A stretch of 47,678 nt of DNA from Candidatus Enterousia scatequi (GCA_018064405.1 JAGHVG010000011.1:1-47678); one strand, 5' to 3'; counted from the first letter of the stretch, positions 1 to 10,503 are shown. Numbers and translations: made by a program. The notes: generated from the sequence alone by a model not told the origin.

Positions 1-1121
1 TTATCTTCAGCTTTTTGAGCACGAGTTGCTTCATTAGCGATTGCTTTTTTGTTATCGTTTATTTGTTTGTCTTGCTTAACATCTTTAGCTGCCAAACCCG
101 CGATAGCTACGTCTTGCAGCTTGTTTTCTATCGCCAATTTATCTTCAGCTTTCTTAGCGCGAGACGTTTCGTCTTTAATATCTTTTGCATTGGCTATTAT
201 TTGATGTTCTTGGAACTGGTTTTCAATAGCCAAACCTGTGATAGCAAAGTCCTGTGATACATTTTTCTTTGCCAAATCTGCTTCAGCCACTTTAGCGCGG
301 GCTTCTTCAGAAGAAATAGCTGTTTTTAAACCTGATTCAGCTGTCATAGCACGAGTGTTTTCACCTGAAATTGCGGCTAACAACGCCTGGTCGGTTGAAT
401 CACGTGTTTCTGCCTCTGCGGTGATGGCGCTTTGCAAATATTCATCCGCTTCCCATCTTTTGCCGGCTTCTTCGTTGATTTTTGTGGATAAATCAGCTTC
501 AGCTGTCATAGCGCGAGTATTTTCATCTGTAATTGCAGTTAACAATGCCTGGTCGGTTGAATCACGTGTTTCTGCCTCTGCGGTGATGGCGCTTTGCAAA
601 TAGTTATCCGCTTCCCATCTATAACCCGCTTCATCTGTGATTTTTGTGGATAAATCAGCTTCAGCTGTCATGGCACGGACTTCTTCAGCAGAAATAGCGG
701 TTTCTAAACCTGATTCGGCTGCCATAGCGCGAGTATTTTCATCTGTAATTACAGCTAACAACGCCTGGTCAGTTGAATCACGTGTTTCTGCCTCTGCGGT
801 GATGGCGCTTTGCAAATATTCATCTGCTTCCCATCTTTTGCCGGCTTCTTCGTTGATTTTTGCGGATAAATCCGCAACATCTGTAGTTAACCCGTCAATC
901 GCTTCACCCTGTTGTGTTATGATCTCAGTGTTACTGACAATATTGTTATTTATTTTTGAAATTTCTTCTGAAATTCCTGTCACAACATTATTAATCTGCT
1001 CTGAGACCCAATCTGTAATTGCACTAGCGCAAGCGTTTCCGGATATTCCAATGCAACATGCAATCACACCCAGTGTCTTTATGGTTTTATTATAGCGAGA
1101 ACTCAAATTTTTAATAAACAT
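1..1121 (-). CDS. Exported coiled-coil repeat protein, trimeric autotransporter adhesin (YadA-like) stalk or fibre protein; partial, runs off the window edge
   Basis: Hand translation from ATG 1121 (preceded by AAAGGG) is open to position 1: MFIKNLSSRYNKTIKTLGVIACCIGISGNACASAITDW... A signal-peptide-like N-terminus is followed by 18-aa repeats of type ExxRAxxAExxLxxxI. Not in the ORF track because the stop lies outside the window. The anchor domain is not visible. Confidence 0.75.
   Translation of the reverse strand, partial: MFIKNLSSRYNKTIKTLGVIACCIGISGNACASAITDWVSEQINNVVTGISEEISKINNNIVSNTEIITQQGEAIDGLTTDVADLSAKINEEAGKRWEADEYLQSAITAEAETRDSTDQALLAVITDENTRAMAAESGLETAISAEEVRAMTAEADLSTKITDEAGYRWEADNYLQSAITAEAETRDSTDQALLTAITDENTRAMTAEADLSTKINEEAGKRWEADEYLQSAITAEAETRDSTDQALLAAISGENTRAMTAESGLKTAISSEEARAKVAEADLAKKNVSQDFAITGLAIENQFQEHQIIANAKDIKDETSRAKKAEDKLAIENKLQDVAIAGLAAKDVKQDKQINDNKKAIANEATRAQKAED
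300..875. repeat. Intragenic tandem repeats built from 54-bp (18-aa) units
   Basis: The block GAATCACGTGTTTCTGCCTCTGCGGTGATGGCGCTTTGCAAATA occurs three times (about 397, 559, 775). Spacings are 162 and 216 bp, i.e. 3 and 4 units of 54 bp. Confidence 0.9.
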
Positions 1122-1125
1122 ATGT

Positions 1126-1530
1126 TTACCCTTTTGTTTGTATTTGATTCTCTCTCGCTATATCCTCCTGGTTAGTTTGAATTGTGTTATCTTGCTCTGA
1201 CTGCATAATATCTGGGTCTGAGTTTGATGGCATTTTGCGACATAATGAAATCAAAGAATAAATATTTTGCGCAGTATCTTCGTCTGTGAATTCCAAAATA
1301 TTTACATTGTCGCGAATCGGTAATGTTTCTAAAAAATGGTTAAAAGCAATCAGTTCTTGTGTTGTTAAACGATATTTAACAATGTTGTTAAAGCAATAAC
1401 AATCCAAACTGCTGTCGCACTTGGAAATAATGGTGTTGCGCAGGTTTTTGCTGAACGCAAAATACCCACCACAAAATGCCATTATGACGGCACTAATAAC
1501 ACAAATAAAAATCGTTTTTCTAACAACCAT
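1126..1530 (-). CDS. Hypothetical membrane-anchored or exported protein with Cys motif (KCDSSLDCYC)
   Basis: 134-aa ORF with an N-terminal hydrophobic segment. Ends 4 nt before the adhesin ATG. Confidence 0.7.
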   Translation of the reverse strand: MVVRKTIFICVISAVIMAFCGGYFAFSKNLRNTIISKCDSSLDCYCFNNIVKYRLTTQELIAFNHFLETLPIRDNVNILEFTDEDTAQNIYSLISLCRKMPSNSDPDIMQSEQDNTIQTNQEDIARENQIQTKG

Positions 1531-1655
1531 TATATCTATCTTTGTTTGTTAACAAAAATATTTTTATGGCAATACGGTATATCAAAAATGGCCATTGTCA
1601 ATAAAAAATATGAAAAAACACCTGTTTTGCCGGGAATTTTGAAAAAATACAGGGT

Positions 1656-3899
1656 TTACAGTTCTTTTACTGTGTTTGTTTCCTTGTCAAATACACATGG
1701 CTTGCCGGCATAACCCAATGCTTTGTGGTGTGACGGAATCAAAAATTCCGGCATTGGCAACGATTCGCCCATCATAACCTTTTTATACAATGCCTTTTCT
1801 ATATCGGTTTTGTTTTTAAACCAGCGTTGCTGATCTGCCTCTATCGGGCGGTGGTACCAACCCTGGAATATAACGATTTGTTTTCCTTCTTCCAGTTTCA
1901 TTATATCCATTGGACTATATAATGGTTTCCGTTCTGTATCTTCAAAATCCTTGCCGTCTGGACCTTTTTTGGTTTTCTTTTTGACCTCGTCCCCTATCAT
2001 TTTGGAAAAACGTTCCGCTGTATCTGGGTCGTTTTGACGCAATAATATCTTGGCTGCGGTTGTTGAAATAATCGTGGAAGCGGCATCTGCACCGTATTTT
2101 TCCTGAATCTGGTGTATGTCCTGACCGATAATCAGATATGATATTTCCTGACCGCGTCCCAAATCAGGCCCCTGAATTACGGCCTGTAACTTTTGCATTT
2201 TGGGCATTTCGTCCAGTATGAATAATACTGGATATGGACCCATTTTTTGACCCGATAGGTTCACACTGTTTGGTTTGTTCGCCAACAGGAAGTTTGACAT
2301 CAATTCAATAAATATTCCTGTAATTGGGTTTAATGCCTGGGCATCAACCATGTTTATTGACAGATAAACCGTCACTGGTTTTATTTTTCCATCACGCGGA
2401 TCAACCATGCCGCGCAAATCATTAAAGTGGAAATCAGAATGGCTGGTTCGATTGCGGACCGCAGAATTGCGGAATATGCCCAAACCTTCCATAATCGTGG
2501 ATAAAATAGAACCACGTTCTTTATCCGGCGTATTGGCGAGTTGTGTTAATTCCAAAACACTGCGGTGTGCGTATGCATATTGGCGTGCTTCATTTACCGC
2601 GTCTTCCAATACGTCACGCATAGGGTCTGCCAATGCAACCATTTGGTCGCCCGCACGTCTGCGGTTTTCCAATTCTTCGGCATTGGCGAGTTGTGCAGCA
2701 TTTAACCAATCCAGAATCATTGATAATGACGCTTCACGTCCAACCCATGATTGCGGAATATTGCGCCACGATCCAATATGAACATAATTTGTTGCATTTA
2801 ATTCGCCACGTTGCAGTAAACCCAATGCCGCATATGCATTTTGATCTGTCATCATTGATAAATAATAATCAGATAAAACCGCTGCATCTTCGGCATCAAA
2901 CGTGCCGTTATTAATTCTGGCATAGAAATAATCGTCGGCCTTGGCACGTTCAACCTTGGACACCATAAAGTGTATAAAGCCTGATAACCCAGCCCGTCCA
3001 GTGTTTGACCAGTGTGGATCCATCGCTGTATCAGGAACCAAGACATTACAAATTGTATCAATATATAAATCGCGTTGCTCTGAATTAAATGGTACGTGTT
3101 CTGGTGACAGCGGATTCCATGATGGATAATAAATACCGTGCGCTGGATCATCCTGACCTGCCCAATTCATGATGAATACCGGCCCAACCATTGCACGATA
3201 TGCAGATGTCAGTTGTTTTAGTTCTGGCTTTGGATCGTTAATAATCATTGATACACCGTCACAATCCAAAATTGTTGGAATAACCACCCCTGCTGTTTTA
3301 CCGGTCCCCGGTGGTGCGACACACAATGTGGACAGGCATTCATTCATCATCAATGGCTTGGTTTTGCCCTTGTCCTTGAAATACCCTAGGACCATCATAA
3401 ATCCACCGAACAGACCACCATCGCCCTTGCCCATTTTTTTAATATCTTCGGCAGAGGCCTTTTTGGATGTTTCCTTGTCGTATTTATCCTTGCCATGTGG
3501 GTTAAATTCATCGGTTAATGTTTTATCTGCCACAAAGAAATATGCAATAAATGGTAATACCGGAACTGTGCACATAATATCGGGGTGTGTAAAGCACCGT
3601 CCAATCCATGCGGGCACCCCCGCCAACACAGATAGGCCCGCACTGTGCCACAAATTTGTTAAATATATTCCGCACCAATGTGCTGTGGCCGGTGACCAAC
3701 CATACCGCCATATGTGTTCAAGTATAAATGCAATTGCAAACGCGATTGCGCATGCAATCCACATTGCCGCATTCCACCGCATAACCCAGAATATTTGTGC
3801 CATTGGTTTACGGTCTGCTTCCTTGTATGCGCTGGATTTGAATATGTTCAAACCCATGCCTTTACCGCCTGCGGATAAAATCTTGATTTTCTCTGCCAT
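1656..3899 (-). CDS. virD4: Type IV secretion coupling protein, VirD4/TraG family
   Basis: N-terminal TM segments, Walker A APPGTGKT followed by GVVIPTIL, SMIINDPKPEL, WNPL, DPHW, Walker B FILDEMP, QDIHQIQEKYG, QNDPDTAERFSKMIG. Confidence 0.9.
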   Translation of the reverse strand: MAEKIKILSAGGKGMGLNIFKSSAYKEADRKPMAQIFWVMRWNAAMWIACAIAFAIAFILEHIWRYGWSPATAHWCGIYLTNLWHSAGLSVLAGVPAWIGRCFTHPDIMCTVPVLPFIAYFFVADKTLTDEFNPHGKDKYDKETSKKASAEDIKKMGKGDGGLFGGFMMVLGYFKDKGKTKPLMMNECLSTLCVAPPGTGKTAGVVIPTILDCDGVSMIINDPKPELKQLTSAYRAMVGPVFIMNWAGQDDPAHGIYYPSWNPLSPEHVPFNSEQRDLYIDTICNVLVPDTAMDPHWSNTGRAGLSGFIHFMVSKVERAKADDYFYARINNGTFDAEDAAVLSDYYLSMMTDQNAYAALGLLQRGELNATNYVHIGSWRNIPQSWVGREASLSMILDWLNAAQLANAEELENRRRAGDQMVALADPMRDVLEDAVNEARQYAYAHRSVLELTQLANTPDKERGSILSTIMEGLGIFRNSAVRNRTSHSDFHFNDLRGMVDPRDGKIKPVTVYLSINMVDAQALNPITGIFIELMSNFLLANKPNSVNLSGQKMGPYPVLFILDEMPKMQKLQAVIQGPDLGRGQEISYLIIGQDIHQIQEKYGADAASTIISTTAAKILLRQNDPDTAERFSKMIGDEVKKKTKKGPDGKDFEDTERKPLYSPMDIMKLEEGKQIVIFQGWYHRPIEADQQRWFKNKTDIEKALYKKVMMGESLPMPEFLIPSHHKALGYAGKPCVFDKETNTVKEL

Positions 3900-3954
3900 A
3901 ACAGTATGATTATATCAGAAAATTTGTTAATGATAAATCAGGAAATTTATATTC

Positions 3955-4608
3955 ATGAAAAATATTCCAAGAATTTTTTTAGATACTGATTTGACGCCAG
4001 GGGTGTCTGTCGCTGTGCCACGTGATGTGTCGCATTATTTGGCAAACGTGATGCGTCAGGCAAATTGTTTGGTGTTTAATAACGGCGTTGAATATAATGC
4101 CTATCTGTCAGATGATAAAAAAAGTATTTATGTTGAATCTGCGACAGCGCATGCTGATCCATCAAATGATATAACACTTTATTTTGCACCAATTAAACGT
4201 GTGGATGATATGCTGAATATGGCAACGCAAATGGGTGTTGCGCGTTTTGTGCCGGTTATAACTGCGCGCACGGTTGCAAATCACATTAATTGGGATCGTA
4301 TGCGTAAAATTGTCATAGAGGCATCAGAACAATCAAACCGTAATAGCGTTCCATTAATTACAGAGGCAATTAAATTTAACGATTTACCATTTCATGATAT
4401 TGTTTTTGCAGATGAACGTGCAGCGTATGACCGTGAGTTGCCGATGCACGTTGGGGATGCAAAAAATGTTCTTGTTGGACCAGAGGGTGGGTTTTCAGAT
4501 TCTGAATTTGAAATATTGGATAAAAACGGTTCGCGCGGAATATCGTTAGGTAAAACAATATTGCGCGCTGAACTGGCGGCGGTTATTGCAATTAGGGGTG
4601 TGATGTAA
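3955..4608 (+). CDS. rsmE: 16S rRNA m3U1498 methyltransferase
   Basis: HYLANVMR, ATQMGV, EASEQSNR, VGPEGGFS, SLGKTILRAELA motifs. Confidence 0.93.
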   Translation: MKNIPRIFLDTDLTPGVSVAVPRDVSHYLANVMRQANCLVFNNGVEYNAYLSDDKKSIYVESATAHADPSNDITLYFAPIKRVDDMLNMATQMGVARFVPVITARTVANHINWDRMRKIVIEASEQSNRNSVPLITEAIKFNDLPFHDIVFADERAAYDRELPMHVGDAKNVLVGPEGGFSDSEFEILDKNGSRGISLGKTILRAELAAVIAIRGVM

Positions 4609-5303
4609 TGGCACTGCGTATTGCAAAATTTTTATCTGAATCGGGTGTCGCGTCCAGGCGTAGTGCCGAAAAAATGATTCTTGATGGTCGGGTTTATATA
4701 AATGGTAATAAAATAGAATCCCCTGCGACATTTGTTTCTGAATCAGATGTTGTTAGTGTTGATGGAAAACAAGTAAAAAAATCGTCAGATATTGAACTAT
4801 ATGCGTTTCATAAACCGGTAAATACAATGACAACACGTTCTGATCCAAATGGTCGTAAAACAATTTATGATGTTTTACCACAAAAATATAATGGATTGAA
4901 ATATGTTGGACGTTTGGATTTTAAGACAACTGGGTTGTTATTAATGACAAACAGCGGTGATTTGGCACGTAAACTAACACTGCCGTCATCAAATATTCCG
5001 CGAACATATATTGCAACAACGAATGGCAATATGAAAAATTTAGCATTGGCGCGCAAGGGTGTAACGGTTGATGGAATAAAATATCGCCCTATGCAAATAT
5101 CGGTGTTAAACGATAAACAAATATTGGTCACAACCACAGAGGGCAAGAAAAACGAAATCCGTATAGTTTTACGTTTTTGTGGTGCGCCTGTGTCACAGTT
5201 GCATCGTGTATCGTTTGGAAATATTGAATTGGGTAATCTGCCTGTTGGGAAAATAGTCAAGGTGCCTAAGAAAACAATTGACGAAATATTAAAAAATTTC
5301 TAA
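4608..5303 (+). CDS. rluB: RsuA/RluB-family rRNA pseudouridine synthase
   Basis: S4 domain (RIAKFLSESGVASRR), HKP, catalytic VGRLD, TEGKKNEIR. The exact paralog is uncertain. Confidence 0.8.
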   Translation: MALRIAKFLSESGVASRRSAEKMILDGRVYINGNKIESPATFVSESDVVSVDGKQVKKSSDIELYAFHKPVNTMTTRSDPNGRKTIYDVLPQKYNGLKYVGRLDFKTTGLLLMTNSGDLARKLTLPSSNIPRTYIATTNGNMKNLALARKGVTVDGIKYRPMQISVLNDKQILVTTTEGKKNEIRIVLRFCGAPVSQLHRVSFGNIELGNLPVGKIVKVPKKTIDEILKNF

Positions 5304-5335
5304 TATTTGTTTGTTAGAGATAAAGGGAGGGGTGT

Positions 5336-6361
5336 ATGCAAAAAAAATCACCAAAAAAACCGATTAAAAAAGTCGCAAAAAAATCAGCATCTGCAAAGAA
5401 ACAGGTAAAGCGCAGTGTTCCTGTAAAACAGATATTGAAACCAGTGCCAGCGGCACAACCGGTAAAGCAACATCGTGGTGGTTGGTCTGCATCAATTTAT
5501 ATTTATTGGTTTATTATTTTGTTCTTTATTGCTGCAACTTTTTACATTTTGGGCCGTGCACGTCCAACATATGCACCAAACAAAGCCCCATTATCAGAGG
5601 AAGAATTACAAACATCTGATGTATCAGATATGAATTCTGTTCAGCAGAATTTGTCTGATGGCAATATTGATGGTGTTATTGCAGAATTAACATCAATGAT
5701 TGATGCGGGAAATGCGGTTGCACAAACCTATGTTTTGCGTGGCGAAGCATATATGCAATACGGTGATTATGCCAAGGCATTATCTGATTTTGAATCTGCA
5801 ATAAATATGGATTCACAGTATGCTGTTGCATATTATGATCGCGCATTGTTAAATATGCGTCTGGAAGATTATTCTGGGGCATTAAATGATATTAATAATG
5901 CGTTGGCATTGGCGGCAAACGGTACAGATACAGTGTTGTCGTTGCGTGATTTGTATGCAAAACGTGGCCAGATTAATTTGTGGTTAAAAAATTGGGAAGG
6001 CGCGATTGCTGACTATACCAATTCATTGGCACGTCCAGAAGGAACAGTGAATCCTGATGTTTATGCCGAACGTGCCGAAGCATATACTGCAATCGGTGAT
6101 TACGACAGTGCTATTAATGATTATTCATCTGCGGTACGTGTAATATCCGAACAGATTCAGGCATTAACCACGGTTGAGGAACGTGAACGTGTGTCAACAA
6201 ATGCAATGAATTATTTTGAAAAATCTGCTGCGTTGAATTTAACACTTGGAAACAATGATGTGGCACGCAGTGATTTAGAATCTGCATTAACAATTGCAAG
6301 TGCACTAAATAATGCAGATATAATAGAGCATTTACAATTGTTGCTAAATCAATTAGATTAA
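5336..6361 (+). CDS. Membrane-anchored tetratricopeptide repeat protein
   Basis: Lys-rich N-terminus, one TM helix, several TPR units (YVLRGEAYMQYGDYAKALSDFESAI). Confidence 0.85.
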   Translation: MQKKSPKKPIKKVAKKSASAKKQVKRSVPVKQILKPVPAAQPVKQHRGGWSASIYIYWFIILFFIAATFYILGRARPTYAPNKAPLSEEELQTSDVSDMNSVQQNLSDGNIDGVIAELTSMIDAGNAVAQTYVLRGEAYMQYGDYAKALSDFESAINMDSQYAVAYYDRALLNMRLEDYSGALNDINNALALAANGTDTVLSLRDLYAKRGQINLWLKNWEGAIADYTNSLARPEGTVNPDVYAERAEAYTAIGDYDSAINDYSSAVRVISEQIQALTTVEERERVSTNAMNYFEKSAALNLTLGNNDVARSDLESALTIASALNNADIIEHLQLLLNQLD

Positions 6362-6388
6362 AAAAAACCGCCCATTTGGGCGGTTTTT
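6361..6388. terminator. Bidirectional intrinsic terminator
   Basis: A7-CCGCCC-ATTT-GGGCGG-T5 between convergent genes. Confidence 0.85.
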
Positions 6389-8765
6389 ATAATTCTGCCT
6401 TCATTTCTTGAACTTCGTAACATTCAACACGATCACCCTCTTTCAGATCGTTATATTTTTCAAAGCTCATACCAAATTCAACACCTACAGATACCTCTTT
6501 GACTTCGTTTTTTTCACGGCGCAGTTCACCGATTTTGCCGTCATATATAACGACATTATCGCGCAACAAACGTACGAACGCGTCTTTCCTGATAACACCT
6601 TCGGTTACTTTACAGCCCGCAACGCGTATCCCCTTGCCAACGGTAAACAGTGCAATAACATCTGCATATCCGATAAAGTTTTCTTTCTTTACTGGCGCTA
6701 ATTTACCAGACAAGATTTCTTTGATTTCATCTGTGATACGATATACAACACTGTGATAGCGAATATCTATACCATTATTTCGTGCCATATCACGAACCGC
6801 AGAATCTGCACGAACATTAAATGCGATTATAACTGCGTTTGATGCGGTTGCCAACCTGATATCGCCTTCGGTGATTTGGCCAACACCCGCAGATAATATT
6901 TCAACATTTGCTTTTTCGGTTTTGATATCTTTTATCATATCTGTAATTGCTTCAACACTGCCCTGAACATCGGCGCGTAAAACAATCGGCAATGTTATTT
7001 TTTTAGATTCGTCGCGTGCCGCAAACAAATCTTGCAGTGACGATCTTTTAACAGCGTTTGCCTTATCTTTTGCTTTCTGTGTACGATATGCTGCAACTTC
7101 ACGTGTTTGTGCTTCTGTTTCCATTACACGTAATTCATCGCCCGCAGATGGAACAGTGTCCAGCCCCAGCACAACAACGGGTTGTCCTGGGTGAACGGAC
7201 TTTACACGTTCGCCAACAGAATTGATTAAACCACGCACGCGACCAAATGTTTCGCCCACGACGAATACATCACCGATTTTTAATGTTCCCTGACGTACCA
7301 GAACGGTTGCCACAGCGCCCAATCCTTTTTCCAGTTTAGCTTCCACCACGTTTGCAACGGCGGGCATTTCATAATCTGCCTTTAAATCCATCATTTCGGC
7401 CTGCAATAAAATTGCTTCTTCCAATTTATCCAAACCAATTTTTTGTTTTGCAGAAATTTCAACACATTGAACATCTCCGCCCATTTCTTCAATCTGGACC
7501 TCTTGTTGCAATAAATCCACCTTTACACGTTGTGGGTCTGCCTCTGGTAAATCAATTTTATTTATCGCAACGATAAATGGAACCTTTGCGGCTCTGATGT
7601 GATTAATTGCTTCAATGGTTTGTGGCATAATAGAATCATTTGCTGCAACAACCAAAACAACGATATCTGCCATTTGGGCACCACGTGCACGCATAGCTGT
7701 AAACGTTTCATGTCCGGGTGTGTCCAAAAACGTAATTATTGCCCCAGACTTTGTTTTAACTTCGTATGATGAAATGTGTTGAGTGATACCACCTGCTTCA
7801 CCGGCAACAACGTTTGCGTCACGAAATGCATCTAGCAGAGAAGTTTTACCATGGTCAACGTGGCCAACAACCGTAACCACGGGTGCACGTGATTTTAATT
7901 TTTCTGGATCTGGCAATCTGTCCAGTTGATCTGCGTATGGTTTAGTATCAACGCGTTTAACAGTTGCACCAAATTCAGTTGCAATTAATTCCGCCGTATC
8001 TGCATCAATGGTCTGATTCTGGGATGCCATCATACCCATTTCCATCAATTTTTTGATAACGTTTCCGACTTTTTCAGCCATTGCGGCCGCCAAATCTTTA
8101 ACAGTTATGGTGTCACCCAATGCGACTTCGTGTTCAACCTTTTGTGGTGCAGAAAATACCGCGCGTGCTTTTTCACGAAAACGTTTTAATGATGCCTCTG
8201 ACCTCCGACGATTCGCACCACGAATACCTATTTCGTCGTCGTCATCGTCACCACCAATTACAATATCATGTATAGATATTTTGCCCTGTTTTTTAAACTC
8301 TTTTTTCCCAGCAAATTTATTTGGGCGAACTTCATCATCGTCGTTATTTGCGTTATATGATTTGCGTGCAGATTGGTTAAATTGTTTTTTTGATGGCTCA
8401 GGTGATACAACCGGTGTATCATCTGCTATATCTGTGCCCGTGTTTTCGCGTGCCGCCAACTGTGATTTTACCTGTTCATATTCTGCGGCATCACGTGCAA
8501 TTTCGGCCTCGCGCGCGGCACGTGCGGCGGCCTCTTCTGCTTCGCGTTTTTTTCTTTCTTCTTCACGTGCCTTGGCGGCTTCTAATACAGCACGCAGTTT
8601 ATCATCAGCAGCATTGTGTGGTGCCTCAACCTTTTTGGGTTCATCACGTAGTTCATTACTGCCTGGGGCAATAACACGACGTCTGCGTTCAACGAACACA
8701 GCATCGCCTTTTTTGCTTTGTACTGCATCAATAGTTACAGATTTTCCAAGTGTTAATGTTGCCAT
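6387..8765 (-). CDS. infB: Translation initiation factor IF-2
   Basis: [40 protein letters not shown]; GGAG RBS. Confidence 0.98.
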   Translation of the reverse strand: MATLTLGKSVTIDAVQSKKGDAVFVERRRRVIAPGSNELRDEPKKVEAPHNAADDKLRAVLEAAKAREEERKKREAEEAAARAAREAEIARDAAEYEQVKSQLAARENTGTDIADDTPVVSPEPSKKQFNQSARKSYNANNDDDEVRPNKFAGKKEFKKQGKISIHDIVIGGDDDDDEIGIRGANRRRSEASLKRFREKARAVFSAPQKVEHEVALGDTITVKDLAAAMAEKVGNVIKKLMEMGMMASQNQTIDADTAELIATEFGATVKRVDTKPYADQLDRLPDPEKLKSRAPVVTVVGHVDHGKTSLLDAFRDANVVAGEAGGITQHISSYEVKTKSGAIITFLDTPGHETFTAMRARGAQMADIVVLVVAANDSIMPQTIEAINHIRAAKVPFIVAINKIDLPEADPQRVKVDLLQQEVQIEEMGGDVQCVEISAKQKIGLDKLEEAILLQAEMMDLKADYEMPAVANVVEAKLEKGLGAVATVLVRQGTLKIGDVFVVGETFGRVRGLINSVGERVKSVHPGQPVVVLGLDTVPSAGDELRVMETEAQTREVAAYRTQKAKDKANAVKRSSLQDLFAARDESKKITLPIVLRADVQGSVEAITDMIKDIKTEKANVEILSAGVGQITEGDIRLATASNAVIIAFNVRADSAVRDMARNNGIDIRYHSVVYRITDEIKEILSGKLAPVKKENFIGYADVIALFTVGKGIRVAGCKVTEGVIRKDAFVRLLRDNVVIYDGKIGELRREKNEVKEVSVGVEFGMSFEKYNDLKEGDRVECYEVQEMKAEL

Positions 8766-8801
8766 ATGTTTACTCCATACTTGTACTAGTGCGCCTTATA
8801 T

Positions 8802-10340
8802 TTATTCTTCGGTATTTGAAATTCCGTATGCCAATTCACGTGCCTTCATAATGACACGTCCTGCCAAACGTTCAGACATTGTGTCTTCACCCAGAATTTC
8901 AACCAATTCATCTGCAGATAAATCAGCCAAATCAGACAAAGATTTAATCCCTGCGTTCCCTAATTGCATAATAACAGGACGTTTGATGAAGTCAAAACCT
9001 AATAAATCATCACTCATTCCCATCTTGTGCCCATTATCTTTGTAATCTTGTTCTTGTTTTTGCAAATAATCTTTGGCACGTTTTTGCAATTCAGACGCCA
9101 AATCTGCGTTGAATCCTTCAATGGTTTCCAATTCTTTTGCGTCAACAAATGCGATTTCTTCAACAGTTCTGAAACCTTCTGTAATCAGCAAATGTGCAAT
9201 CATTTCATCGATATCTAATGCACCAATGAATAATTCTGTTTTTTCCTTGAATTCTTTTGCACGACGTTCTTGTTCTTCGGTTTCATTCATAACATCAATA
9301 TTCCAACCTGTAAGTTGTGATGCCAGGCGAACATTTTGACCGCGGCGTCCAATTGCCAATGATTGTTGATCTTCGTTAACCACAACAGATGCTGTCCGCG
9401 TGTCTTCATCAACGATGATTTTTGCAACCTTGGCAGGTTGGATTGCATTAACAATAAACACCGCAGGATCTTCTGAGTATAAAATAACATCGATTTTTTC
9501 ACCGTGGCATTCATTAATCACAGGTTGAATACGTGTTCCCTTAATACCGACCGTCATACCAACCGCATCAATAGATGGATCCTGTGTTTCAACGGCAATT
9601 TTAGCATGTGAACCTGGTGCACGTGCCACAGATTTAATTTTAATTATACCCTCGTAAATTTCTGGGACTTCTTGAACAAATAATTTTTCCATAAATAACG
9701 GGTGTGTTCTGGTCAGGAAAATTTGTGGTCCCGCATTAGAACGTTCAACATCCATAATCAATGCGCGAACGCGATCGCCCACCCCCAGACGCTCCCCAGG
9801 AATTAATTCGCTGCTTTTGATGTAGCCTTCGGCCTTGCCGTTAATATCAACAAAAACATTTCCAAATTCAATACGTTTCACAACACCACTGATAATATCA
9901 CCAACATTGTCTTTGAATTCTTCGTATTGTGTTCCTTTTTCAGCATCACGAACACGCCCAGTCATAATTTGACGCGCAGTTTGAAATGCCATACGACCAA
10001 ATTCAGGTTCTGGTAATTGATCCTCTACGACATCACCGATTTGTGGGTTTTCAGAATATTTCTTTGCCTGTTGGACAGTCAACATTGTATTTGGATCGTA
10101 TTCATCGCCTTTTGATTCTGGGGTTTCAATAACCTCAAATAAACGTTTTACGTAAATGGCCCCATTGTGACGGTCAATATTTGCAACAATATTGAATTCT
10201 TCGCCATATTTGTGTTTCGCGATTTTTGCAACCGCTGCCTCTAGTGATTCAAAAACAATTTCTTGACTAATGTTTTTTTCTGTGGCCAATGATTTTATTG
10301 ATTCCAACAAATCTTGACGTGGTATAGAAACAAAAGACAT
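8802..10340 (-). CDS. nusA: Transcription elongation factor NusA
   Basis: FGRMAFQTARQ, S1 and KH domains, AIGRRGQNVRLASQLTGW, acidic C-terminal repeats. Start moved to the ATG at 10340 (or 10343) behind AAGGAG. Confidence 0.97.
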   Translation of the reverse strand: MSFVSIPRQDLLESIKSLATEKNISQEIVFESLEAAVAKIAKHKYGEEFNIVANIDRHNGAIYVKRLFEVIETPESKGDEYDPNTMLTVQQAKKYSENPQIGDVVEDQLPEPEFGRMAFQTARQIMTGRVRDAEKGTQYEEFKDNVGDIISGVVKRIEFGNVFVDINGKAEGYIKSSELIPGERLGVGDRVRALIMDVERSNAGPQIFLTRTHPLFMEKLFVQEVPEIYEGIIKIKSVARAPGSHAKIAVETQDPSIDAVGMTVGIKGTRIQPVINECHGEKIDVILYSEDPAVFIVNAIQPAKVAKIIVDEDTRTASVVVNEDQQSLAIGRRGQNVRLASQLTGWNIDVMNETEEQERRAKEFKEKTELFIGALDIDEMIAHLLITEGFRTVEEIAFVDAKELETIEGFNADLASELQKRAKDYLQKQEQDYKDNGHKMGMSDDLLGFDFIKRPVIMQLGNAGIKSLSDLADLSADELVEILGEDTMSERLAGRVIMKARELAYGISNTEE

Positions 10341-10371
10341 CATATACTCCTTATGGTCTGTTTTTTTTATC

Positions 10372-10400
10372 AAAAGGGCGGGGTTTTTAGCCCCGCCCTT
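10372..10400 (-). promoter_or_regulatory. Terminator-like hairpin in the nusA-infB leader (rimP-leader-type attenuator)
   Basis: AAGGGCGGGG-CTAAAAA-CCCCGCCCTTTT lies between divergent genes, about 30 nt upstream of the nusA start, so no upstream gene terminates on it. Confidence 0.65.
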
Positions 10401-10474
10401 AAAATTAATCTTTTAAGAACAGTATAATTATTATCTATAAATTTAGTAAAATCAAGAAAAAAACACAAATATAT

Positions 10475-10503
10475 TTGACGGTATAGTTTTTGCGCTTTAT
10501 ACT
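10475..10503 (+). promoter_or_regulatory. Sigma70-type promoter for lptF, predicted leaderless transcript
   Basis: TTGACG-N17-TATACT, 7 nt before ATG 10511; no SD sequence. Confidence 0.7.

Noticed and set aside
483-653. Two perfect DnaA boxes (TGTGGATAA) suggesting oriC
   Set aside because: Both lie in the coding repeat (Leu-Ser-Thr codons) and are duplicated by the repeat itself; no intergenic box cluster was found in the window.
397-820. Three 44-bp direct repeats as a possible CRISPR array
   Set aside because: Spacings are 162 and 216 bp, the intervening DNA is itself repetitive and in frame in a CDS, and there are no cas genes.
15-1095. Plus-strand ORFs 15-257, 238-603 and 637-1095 with repeated SASAV text
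   Set aside because: Antisense shadows of the minus-strand coiled-coil repeat gene.
3169-3909. 246-aa plus-strand ORF
   Set aside because: Antisense shadow of virD4 with no recognisable motifs.
8053-9045. 330-aa plus-strand ORF spanning infB/nusA
   Set aside because: Antisense shadow of charged, low-complexity coding sequence.
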